A stretch of 24,000 nt of DNA, from the NCBI GenBank assembly GCA_964486625.1, contig CAZANW010000016.1, forward strand, positions 8,398 through 32,397, given 5' to 3'. Positions 15,220 through 21,806 of this stretch are shown piece after piece. A program made the translations under genes and the position numbers. How positions within the stretch are numbered: position 1 is the stretch's first letter; every line of letters begins with the position of its first letter. The stretch comes from an uncultured Halobacteria archaeon. GTDB lineage: Archaea; Halobacteriota; Syntropharchaeia; JACQPP01. The notes beneath the pieces were generated by a model. The model was not told the DNA's origin and searched no databases. It saw only the letters and a program-made list of their open reading frames with translations.

Positions 15220-15428
15220 GTTCGAGGATTCTCGACGGGCCGCGCGCTCGGCGCCGGTGCTCGGGCTCGCTTCGCTCGCCCTCGCCAGCGCCGCTCCTCG
15301 CGCGTAGCTTCGCTCCGCGCTCGTCGCATATTGGCGCTGACCGGCGCCTTGCGGCTTCGCCGCAAACACACACCTCCTGCGGATGCGTGTGCCGCCGAGC
15401 GTGCGCGAGCTGTCGAATCCCCCGAACG
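15220..15428. repeat. GC-rich palindromic (MITE/RPE-like) element, copy B, in the dsrE-dsrF spacer
   Basis: Terminal inverted repeats gttcgaggattctcgac ... gtcgaatcccccgaac. Internal blocks match copy A (see 1404..1619). Track ORFs 15181..15480(+) and part of 15196..15834(-) are translations of this element. Confidence 0.75.
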
Positions 15429-15483
15429 GCGATTGGCTGGCCGGAGGAATATCGAACAACGGTTGCAGAAAGGGCGTTAGTTC

Positions 15484-15843
15484 ATGAAACCCAAGACCAG
15501 GACACGGAACGTCGTCTTCTTGGTCCGGCAGCCGCCCGTCGCCTCCGGCTGGACCTCCGAGGCCCTGCGGGTCGCCGTGGGGATGACCCTCGCCGACGGC
15601 AACCGCGTTACGGTGGTCCTCCTCGGGGACGGGGTCCTCGCCCTCGCTTCCCCGAAGCCCGAGGCCGTCGAATCCCTTGGACTCCGGGAGCACGTCGAGA
15701 CCCTCCGGGAACTCGGCGTCCGGCTGGTGGCGGAGAGGGAGGCGTGCGCGCGGCACGGGGTCGTCGCGCCGGGGGCGGAGACCGCCGACCGGGATGCAAT
15801 CGCGTTCCTGCTTGCTGACGCGGAGGTGCTCCAATCGTGGTGA
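15484..15843 (+). CDS. dsrF: DsrF/TusC-like sulfur-relay protein
   Basis: VVLLGDGVLAL, the EREACARHGV (C...RG) context and C-terminal AEVLQSW parallel TusC landmarks. Confidence 0.7.
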   Translation: MKPKTRTRNVVFLVRQPPVASGWTSEALRVAVGMTLADGNRVTVVLLGDGVLALASPKPEAVESLGLREHVETLRELGVRLVAEREACARHGVVAPGAETADRDAIAFLLADAEVLQSW

Positions 15844-16094
15844 AGGTCCTTCACGTCATTTCCGCCCCTGACGACCTCCCCTTCGCCACCGCGCTCCGGC
15901 AAAAGGCGCAACATGAGGTCTCCTTCCTGCTCCTGCAGGAGGGGGTGCGCGCCACCCCGCCCGCGGGCTTCCCCCTCTACGCCGCCCGCGACGACTGCGA
16001 GGCGCGGGGGGTCCGGCCCCCGGGGGCGAAGCTGCTCTCGTGGGGGGAGATTGTGGACCTGCTGGCGGGGCACGGCCGGGTGCTGAAATGGTGA
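15837..16094 (+). CDS. dsrH: DsrH/TusB-like sulfur-relay protein
   Basis: GTG start overlapping the dsrF stop. LLLQEGV, DDCEARGV and the terminal ...VLKW parallel TusB landmarks. 85 aa. Confidence 0.65.
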   Translation: MVKVLHVISAPDDLPFATALRQKAQHEVSFLLLQEGVRATPPAGFPLYAARDDCEARGVRPPGAKLLSWGEIVDLLAGHGRVLKW

Positions 16095-16110
16095 GGCCTG
16101 GCTAAAACCG

Positions 16111-16116
16111 TATAAA
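16111..16116 (+). promoter_or_regulatory. TATA box (tataaa) for asd-cofD
   Basis: ccgTATAAAgggg is centred about 27 nt upstream of the ATG at 16141. Confidence 0.55.
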
Positions 16117-16140
16117 GGGGCGCCCCCCCTACCCGTCCCC

Positions 16141-17178
16141 ATGGTGCGAAAGACGAAGGTCCACGTCCTTGGAGCCACCGGCCTCGTCGGCCAGCGCTTC
16201 CTCCAGTCCCTCTGGCGCCACCCCTGGTTCGAGGTGACGGGGGTCGCCGCGAGCGAGCGCTCCGCCGGCAAGACCTACCTCCGGGCCGCCAAGTGGGTGA
16301 TTGACTGGGAGATGCCCGCGGAGTTCGGCAACCTCGAGGTCCAGCCGGTGGACCGCACCGACGTGGACGCCGACGTCGTCTTCTCCGCCCTCCCCGCCGA
16401 CGTCGCCCGGGAGGTCGAGCCGAAGTTCGCGGCGGCGGGCCGCGCGGTCTGCAGCAACGCATCCGCGTTCCGCATGGAGCCCGATGTGCCCCTCCTCATC
16501 CCGGAAATCAACCCCGACCACCTGGGGCTCCTTTCCACCCAGCGCAAAAAGAGGAAGTGGAAGGGCGCGCTGGTCACGAACCCCAACTGCACCACGGTCT
16601 TCCTCGCCATGGCCCTCGCGCCCCTCCGCCCCTTCGGAATCCAGGAGGTCCACGCCGCCTCGATGCAGGCGGTGAGCGGTGCGGGCTACGACGGCGTCCC
16701 GAGCATGGCCATCACGGACAACGTGGTTCCCCACATCGGGGGCGAGGAGGCGAAGGTGGAGAGCGAGCCGCGCAAGATTCTCGGCGCCCTCAAAGGGGGC
16801 CGCATCGAGGACGCGCCCTTCGAGGTGGCGGCGTCGTGCCACCGGGTCCCGGTCCTCGACGGCCACACCGAGGCGGTATTCGTCCGCTTCTCGAAGACGC
16901 CGAAACTGGAGGAGGTCGTCGAGGCGTGGCGGGAGATGAAGTCCGTCGGCACTCCCACGGCGCCCGAGCGCCCGCTCATCGTCCGGGAGGAGGAGAACCG
17001 GCCCCAACCCCGCCTCGACCGGGATGCCGGAAAAGGCATGGTCACCACCCTCGGCCGCGCGGCCCTCAAGGGGAAGTGGCTCCGGTTCATCTGCCTCGGC
17101 CACAACACGATTCGCGGGGCCGCCGGGGCGAGCGTGCTGAACGCGGAACTGATGGTGAAAGACGGCTGGCTGAAATAG
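16141..17178 (+). CDS. asd: aspartate-semialdehyde dehydrogenase (archaeal type)
   Basis: VLGATGLVGQRF NAD(P)-binding start, the active-site context NPNCTTV, and HRVPV..GH near the C-terminus. Confidence 0.95.
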   Translation: MVRKTKVHVLGATGLVGQRFLQSLWRHPWFEVTGVAASERSAGKTYLRAAKWVIDWEMPAEFGNLEVQPVDRTDVDADVVFSALPADVAREVEPKFAAAGRAVCSNASAFRMEPDVPLLIPEINPDHLGLLSTQRKKRKWKGALVTNPNCTTVFLAMALAPLRPFGIQEVHAASMQAVSGAGYDGVPSMAITDNVVPHIGGEEAKVESEPRKILGALKGGRIEDAPFEVAASCHRVPVLDGHTEAVFVRFSKTPKLEEVVEAWREMKSVGTPTAPERPLIVREEENRPQPRLDRDAGKGMVTTLGRAALKGKWLRFICLGHNTIRGAAGASVLNAELMVKDGWLK

Positions 17179-17188
17179 GCGACGCGAA

Positions 17189-18088
17189 ATGAAGGTGCTA
17201 GTCCTGTCCGGCGGCACCGGGACCCCGAAACTCCTGCTGGGCCTCCGGCGGCTCGTCCCGGAGCGCGACATCACGGTCGTCGCCAACACCGGCGAGGACC
17301 TCTGGATTTCCGGAAACCTGGTCTGCCCCGACATCGACTCCGTGCTCTACACGCTCTCGGGGCGCATCGACCCCCGGCGGATGTGGGGCGTGCGGGGCGA
17401 CACCTTCGCCACCCACCGCCAACTGGCGGAACTGGGCTGGCGCGAGCCCCTCGCCCTGGGGGACCTCGACCGGGCGGCCCACATCGCCCGGAGCGAGATG
17501 GTGCGCGCGGGGCGGACCCTGACGGAGGCCACGGCGGCCCTGGCGCGGAGGATGGGCGTGCGGGCGACGGTCCTCCCTGCCAGCGACGGCCCGGTGGCGA
17601 CGCTCATCCGGACGCCGGAGGGCGAGATGCATTTCCAGGAGTTCTGGGTGGTCCGGCGCGGGCGGCCGCGGGTCCTCGGGGTGCGCTACGCGCTGGGCCG
17701 CGGTTCGGGCCCGGCCCCGGAGGTCCTGCGGGCCCTCCGCTCCCACGACGCCCTGCTCATCGGCCCGAGCAACCCGGCGACCTCCGTCGGCCCCATCCTC
17801 GCGGTCCTCGGGCGCCACGTGCGCGGCAAGCGGGTGGTCGCGGTCTCGCCCATCGTCGGCCGCCGGGCCTTCTCGGGGCCCGCGGGGAAACTCCTCCGGG
17901 GAGTCGGCTACCCGGTCTCCCCGCGAGGCGTCCTCGAGTTCTACTCCGACCGCCTCGGGTCGCCGCCGGAGCTCCTCGTGGAGCCGCGGGACGCGGATCC
18001 AGCCGCGGGACTCCACCCCGCACCCCTGCACATGAAGCGCCCGGGCGACGCGGCCCGGCTGGCACGGCGGGTCTTGGCGTTCCTGTGA
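17189..18088 (+). CDS. cofD: 2-phospho-L-lactate transferase (F420 biosynthesis)
   Basis: LSGGTGTPKLL.GL, VVANTGEDLWISGNLVCPDIDSVLYTLSG and GPSNP motifs of CofD. Starts 10 nt after asd. Confidence 0.9.
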   Translation: MKVLVLSGGTGTPKLLLGLRRLVPERDITVVANTGEDLWISGNLVCPDIDSVLYTLSGRIDPRRMWGVRGDTFATHRQLAELGWREPLALGDLDRAAHIARSEMVRAGRTLTEATAALARRMGVRATVLPASDGPVATLIRTPEGEMHFQEFWVVRRGRPRVLGVRYALGRGSGPAPEVLRALRSHDALLIGPSNPATSVGPILAVLGRHVRGKRVVAVSPIVGRRAFSGPAGKLLRGVGYPVSPRGVLEFYSDRLGSPPELLVEPRDADPAAGLHPAPLHMKRPGDAARLARRVLAFL

Positions 18089-18850
18089 GCCTCCCCGGGC
18101 AACCGGCCCGGGGGAACCGGGCGGGCGTGGCCCCGCCAGACCAGCGTCCCTTGTCAGACCCCCGATGGGTCCAAGGGTCCGGACTTACCGGGACGACCGC
18201 TCGGGAGGGGCGGGCCCGGAACCCGCGCCTCACTCCTTCTATGTCCCCGCCGCCGATAGGGCTTCCGGACGGAAAAGACGTAGGCGACCGTAGTCGTTGC
18301 CGACGATACAGGAGGGCGTTCGAAGGGTCCGCGAAAAGGGATATGGCCGGGCCGGAACTCCAGCGTTCATCGCTTGCTTTGCGATCGGCGCGTCCGTAGG
18401 AAGCGCCGAGGCGCAACGAAGCTGCGCCGCTCCGGCCGGTAACCCTCGGCCCGGCTCTGCATCCCCGCGGGGCATACACGGGAATCATCGCAGGAATGTC
18501 CGGCTGCTCCCGGGTACCGTTGCGGGGACTGTGGCCCTCCCGTTGCCCCGGCCGTCACGGAAGGCTTCGCCATCTTGGGCCGGTCCTCGTGGAGGGCTCC
18601 CCAAATTGAGTCGGGCCAAGGCAAAAACCCCTCGTTGCCGACGAAACGAGAGGGTTTCCGAGAGGACCGGCGCGGGCCTCAACCTTTGACTGCCACGCGT
18701 GCCGAAGGCACGCGGGATCGAGGCCCGCGACGACGAGACGAGAGAGTTCCGAGTGGACCGGCAACAAAGGCCGGTCCTCGTGGAGGGCCCAATCCCCATG
18801 CACCCCCCTGGATAAAAACCCGCAGGGCAAACGCGAGTCATCGCGACATC
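18089..18850. ncRNA. ORF-free, highly structured, internally repetitive region: candidate unclassified structured RNA(s); strand undetermined
   Basis: No believable ORF in any frame. Strong helices: 18092-18099/18105-18112, 18627-18653, 18670-18679/18719-18728 enclosing 18695-18702/18706-18713, and 18754-18761/18770-18777. Direct repeats: an exact 20-mer at 18577-18596 and 18768-18787, and a roughly 32-nt near-repeat at 18639-18670 and 18731-18761. Confidence 0.35.
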
Positions 18851-18851
18851 C

Positions 18852-18859
18852 TTTATATT
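18852..18859 (+). promoter_or_regulatory. TATA box (tttatatt) for the GTPase gene
   Basis: Centred about 30 nt upstream of the ATG at 18886. Confidence 0.55.
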
Positions 18860-18885
18860 CCCCCCTCCTACGGCTCCCCCAAGAA

Positions 18886-19944
18886 ATGAGCAACGTCAAC
18901 ATCGCCGTGGTCGGCGCCTTCCGCTCCGGCAAGTCGGCCCTGGTCGAGAAGCTCCAGCAGCGGAAGGGCATGGCCTCCGATATCGCCCTCTACTCCTACA
19001 AGAGCGGGACCGTCAACGTCACCCTCGTCGACGTCCCCGGGGACGCGGACAAGATGGGGCCCCTGATGAACGCGCTCCACATGGCGGACGCGGTCCTGCT
19101 CTGCGTCTCGGCCGAGCGCGGCATCGAGGTCCAGACCGGCGAGGCGCTCATCGCGGCAGCCGCCGCCGGGGTGAGCCGCGCGGCCGTCGCCATCACCAAG
19201 TCCGACTCCTCCACCTTCGACGACCTGGAGAAACTGAAGGCCCGGACCGCGGCGCTCCTCAAAGGCGGCCCCTTCGCCGGCGCGCCGGTCTTCGAGACCT
19301 CCACGGTCGCCGGCGTCGGAATCGCCGACGTGGCGGCCCACCTCGTCTCCCTCGACATCCCGAGGTCGAAGGAGGGGACGTTCAAGATGGGGGCCGACCA
19401 CTCCATCGAGCCCAAGGCGGGCTTCACGGTGGTCACCGGGACTGTGAGGCGCGGCGCTCTCCACCCGCGGGACGTGGTGACGCTCCTCCCGTGGGAGAAG
19501 GAGCTCGTGGTCCAGTCCATCCAGGTCCACAACGAGGACATGCCGGAGGTCATCGCGGGGGACCGCATCGCCATCGGCTTCAAGGGAATCCACTACCACG
19601 ACATCTCCCGGGGCGACACGGTGTGCGGCGCCGACAGCCCGGTCCGGAAGGCGAAGGCGTTCAAGGTCGCGATGAAAGTGGACCCGTTCTACAAGGAGCC
19701 CGTCTCGGTTGAGCAGCGTCTCCACCTCGCGGCGGGGCTCCAGTTCCACCCCGTCGCGGTGAAGAAAATCCTGAAGAACGGGGCCGAGGCCCCCGAGGCC
19801 AAGGCCGGGGAGGCGTGCGTCCTCGAAGTCGAGGTGGAGCGGGTCTCGATGGCGCTGGAGCCGGGGGAGTCGTGCATCGTGACGAGGCCGGAGTTGCCGG
19901 GGAGGATGAGCCGCATCTGCGGGGCGGGGAAGGTGGAGTTTTAA
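18886..19944 (+). CDS. EF-Tu/SelB-like translational-type GTPase paralogue (G domain plus beta-barrel domain 2), 352 aa
   Basis: G1 GAFRSGKS, G3 DVPG and G4 TKSD motifs, followed by a domain-2-like segment (GTVRRGALHPRDVVTLLP). It lacks the canonical GHVDHGKT and RGITI motifs of bona fide elongation factors. Confidence 0.75.
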   Translation: MSNVNIAVVGAFRSGKSALVEKLQQRKGMASDIALYSYKSGTVNVTLVDVPGDADKMGPLMNALHMADAVLLCVSAERGIEVQTGEALIAAAAAGVSRAAVAITKSDSSTFDDLEKLKARTAALLKGGPFAGAPVFETSTVAGVGIADVAAHLVSLDIPRSKEGTFKMGADHSIEPKAGFTVVTGTVRRGALHPRDVVTLLPWEKELVVQSIQVHNEDMPEVIAGDRIAIGFKGIHYHDISRGDTVCGADSPVRKAKAFKVAMKVDPFYKEPVSVEQRLHLAAGLQFHPVAVKKILKNGAEAPEAKAGEACVLEVEVERVSMALEPGESCIVTRPELPGRMSRICGAGKVEF

Positions 19945-19967
19945 AGCGCTCCGACTTGGTACCGGAA

Positions 19968-20046
19968 CAATGCAAATTGAAAATTGCAAAGTGCAACGTG
20001 CAAAATTTTGCATTTTTCATTTTTCAATCTGCGATTTTCAATCGTA
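19968..20046. repeat. AT-rich imperfect palindrome of the tgcaaaat/attttgca family
   Basis: caatgcaaattgaaaattgcaaagtgcaacgtgcaaaa|ttttgcatttttcatttttcaatctgcgattttcaatcg fills the gap between the GTPase stop (19944) and the next ATG (20050). Shares the 15-mer tgcatttttcatttt with the 12.1-kb element. Confidence 0.7.
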
Positions 20047-20049
20047 AGT

Positions 20050-20655
20050 ATGAACCCCCGCCGCTTCCTCAAAGCATTCTTCTGGTTCCGCAAGAACCGC
20101 ACCGCCGCCCTCCTGATTCTCCTCACCAACCTCGGCGGCGTCGCCTTCGGCTTCTACTACTACGCGGGCCAGTTCGCCGACACCCCGCCCTCCCTCTGGC
20201 TCTGGGTCCCCGACAGCCCCTTCGCCGTGGCGCTCATGGCCGCGGTGCTGTGGTTGGACCGGAAGGGGAAGAAGAGCCCGTTGCTTGAGACCCTCGCATT
20301 CATCGGCCTCGTCAAGGTCGGCCTCTGGACCGCCTTCGTCCTGAAGTTTTACGCCGCGGAGTTCTACGCCCCCGGCCGGGCCGCGCTGAGCGAGGCCCTC
20401 TACTGGCTCCACCTCGGGATGGTGGCCGAGGCGTTCCTCCTCCGCCCGTCGGCCCGCGCCCTCCCGTGGGCCCTCGGGTGGTATCTCCTCGACTGGGCCC
20501 TCGACTACGGGCTCGGAATCTACCCGCGCATCCCGGCGCGGGACACCGGTTTCGTGCGGGACGTGACCCTCGCCCTCGCCCTCGGAAGCGCGGCCGCGGC
20601 CCTCGGCTGGGGGAGGATTATGAAGCCGCTCAGAGGGGAATCGAAATCAATCTGA
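20050..20655 (+). CDS. DUF1405 (YpjA-like) family integral membrane protein
   Basis: Start at MNPRRFLKAFFWF; the track extension translates the palindrome. Has four or more TM helices and the NLGG..FGFYYY..Q.......LWLWVPDSP pattern I associate with DUF1405. Confidence 0.6.
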   Translation: MNPRRFLKAFFWFRKNRTAALLILLTNLGGVAFGFYYYAGQFADTPPSLWLWVPDSPFAVALMAAVLWLDRKGKKSPLLETLAFIGLVKVGLWTAFVLKFYAAEFYAPGRAALSEALYWLHLGMVAEAFLLRPSARALPWALGWYLLDWALDYGLGIYPRIPARDTGFVRDVTLALALGSAAAALGWGRIMKPLRGESKSI

Positions 20656-20660
20656 GAAAG

Positions 20661-20667
20661 ACTATAT
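20661..20667 (+). promoter_or_regulatory. TATA-like box (actatat)
   Basis: Centred 26 nt upstream of the ATG at 20690, matching the spacing seen at other genes here. Confidence 0.4.
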
Positions 20668-20689
20668 GGGTCCGGGTGGCGGAGTCCCA

Positions 20690-21211
20690 ATGGCGACTCT
20701 CCGGCCCCCCGTTCTTGTTTCTTCCGGTCCTCGCCCCCATCCTCCCGAGATGGAACTGGGGCAGGCCAGGAGCCTCGCATCCTCCCGGCACCACTCGCGC
20801 TCGTTCCGCGTCGGCGAGCCCGCCCAGAAATCATACGACCACTATACGATGCTCCGGACCGCCCGCCCAGGGCCGCTGCTCGACCGCCTCTACGTCCGCA
20901 TCGGGGCCCCCGTCGGAATCGTGGCGCCGCCGGAGGCCGGAAGGTTTCCCGACTTCGCCCGGCTCCCCCTCGGCGCCCTCGGCGAGGCGGTCCGGGAGGC
21001 CGCGAAGTCCACCGCGGGCGTGGACGCCCTCGACCAGTTCGTCCGCTCGGCGGGGCGCCCGGGCGACCCCCTCGCCCTCGTCCGGCGGGCGGTGGCCCTC
21101 CGGGCCCTCGGAAAACTCACGCGCGAGGAGGCCATCCAGGCCTACGCGGTCTATTTGAGGGAGAGGCGGAGCCGGCCGGAACTGGAAAAAGTGGTGGAGT
21201 GGCTGCTCTGA
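20690..21211 (+). CDS. hypothetical protein (start uncertain: 20690 favoured by TATA spacing, 20849 also possible)
   Basis: The C-terminal ~120 aa (MLRTARPGPLLDRLYVRIG...EKVVEWLL) look like a real helical protein. The N-terminal ~50 aa are Pro/Ser/Arg-rich with atypical T-ending codons. No family recognised. Confidence 0.45.
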   Translation: MATLRPPVLVSSGPRPHPPEMELGQARSLASSRHHSRSFRVGEPAQKSYDHYTMLRTARPGPLLDRLYVRIGAPVGIVAPPEAGRFPDFARLPLGALGEAVREAAKSTAGVDALDQFVRSAGRPGDPLALVRRAVALRALGKLTREEAIQAYAVYLRERRSRPELEKVVEWLL

Positions 21212-21272
21212 TTGCGGTCGATTCGCAAACCCCATCGTCCCGTCGGCAACGGGGTGAAATGCTCCGGCCGGG

Positions 21273-21806
21273 TCAACCGGGCGGGAAGCGCCCCCGGTCC
21301 GACCAGACGCGCGCGTCCGGGACCGGGCGGCTCCCCCGGAACACCCGCGCGTCCCGCAGCACGCGGCGCACGTAGGGGTCGAGCCCGGGCTCGGCGCGCC
21401 CGACCCACCGGGTGGCGGACATCGTGGAGTCGGGCCGGACCCGGACCTCCCCCCGGGGGCGGACCAGAATGGCGGCGAGGAGGTTGTGGTATCCGTCGGC
21501 CAGGTGCGGCGCGGGGCCCGTGGGGAACCAGACCTCGTAGAATCCGATGGTCCGGACCGCATCGACGCCGAGGCCGGCCTCCGTCCGGGCGATGCGCTTG
21601 GCCGCTTCGCCGAGACGCTCGTTCTTGAGAAGCCGGCCCCCCAGGAACCACCACAACCCCTTGGAGGGCGGCTCCTCCCGCCGCACCAGCAGGACCCGCC
21701 CCCGGTGGCGGACCACGACATCCACGCAGCAGAGGGGGAAGTTCCGGACGAATGCCCGGTGAAGCGGGGCGGGGACACGTCCCCGGAGGGTCGGACGCGG
21801 CTTCAC
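21273..21806 (-). CDS. Nudix hydrolase of the GDP-mannose mannosyl hydrolase (NudD/WcaH)-like type
   Basis: The modified Nudix box GGRLLKNERLGEAAKRIARTEAGL parallels E. coli GDPMH GGRVQKDETLEAAFERLTMAELGL. PLCCVDVVV and FYEVW also align. GTG start overlaps the upstream stop (GTGA at 21803-21806). The upstream part of the 421-aa track ORF is antisense junk. Confidence 0.8.
   Translation of the reverse strand: MKPRPTLRGRVPAPLHRAFVRNFPLCCVDVVVRHRGRVLLVRREEPPSKGLWWFLGGRLLKNERLGEAAKRIARTEAGLGVDAVRTIGFYEVWFPTGPAPHLADGYHNLLAAILVRPRGEVRVRPDSTMSATRWVGRAEPGLDPYVRRVLRDARVFRGSRPVPDARVWSDRGRFPPG

Noticed and set aside
15181-15480. 99-aa plus-strand ORF in the dsrE-dsrF spacer, and the overlapping 212-aa minus-strand ORF 15196..15834
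   Set aside because: Their similarity to the peptide inside the GT39 gene (RKHTPPADACAAERARAV; SAERS.ARGAALARASEA) only reflects translation of the shared repeat element on different strands. There is no start context and the composition is junk.
18291-18303. Recurring 11-mer cgttgccgacg (18292-18302, 18632-18642, and reverse-complemented near 21243-21253) as a possible motif
   Set aside because: In 24 kb on two strands, many repeated 11-mers are expected by chance, especially at this GC bias, and the contexts differ. It is not significant on its own.
18360-18440. A possible degenerate third copy of the GC-rich element (short matches such as gcgccgctcc and cgaagct)
   Set aside because: The matches are 7-10 nt in low-complexity GC-rich sequence and are not colinear with either module, so this is indistinguishable from chance.
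18297-18689. 130-aa plus-strand ORF and other ORFs (17757..18488, 18367..18624, 18485..18841, 18555..18971, 18575..18889) inside the non-coding region
   Set aside because: There are no protein-like motifs, the sequences are Arg/Pro/Gly/Ser-rich, they overlap one another in several frames, and none has a promoter-like box at the canonical distance.
18577-18787. CRISPR array, suggested by the repeated 20-mer and the AT-rich tandem units at 12.1 kb
   Set aside because: There are only two copies of each repeat, the spacing is irregular, the repeats base-pair with neighbouring sequence, and no cas genes or leader are present.
18089-18885. RNase P RNA, SRP (7S) RNA or a tRNA in the large non-coding region
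   Set aside because: I found near-matches only: GGAAUGUCCGG on the plus strand and GGUAAGUCCGG on the minus strand versus CR-I GGAAAGUCC, and GCAGAGCCGGGCCGA versus CR-V. They are in the wrong order or cannot form P4. There is no GGAA-capped helix-8/AGCA SRP motif and no T-loop (GTTCRAATC) with matching stems. This was judged by eye, so a covariance-model scan is still needed.
20666-20700. tRNA-like start (gggtccgggtggcggagtcccaatggcgac) downstream of the DUF1405 gene
   Set aside because: No D-arm, anticodon-arm or T-arm geometry can be completed, and no T-loop consensus follows.
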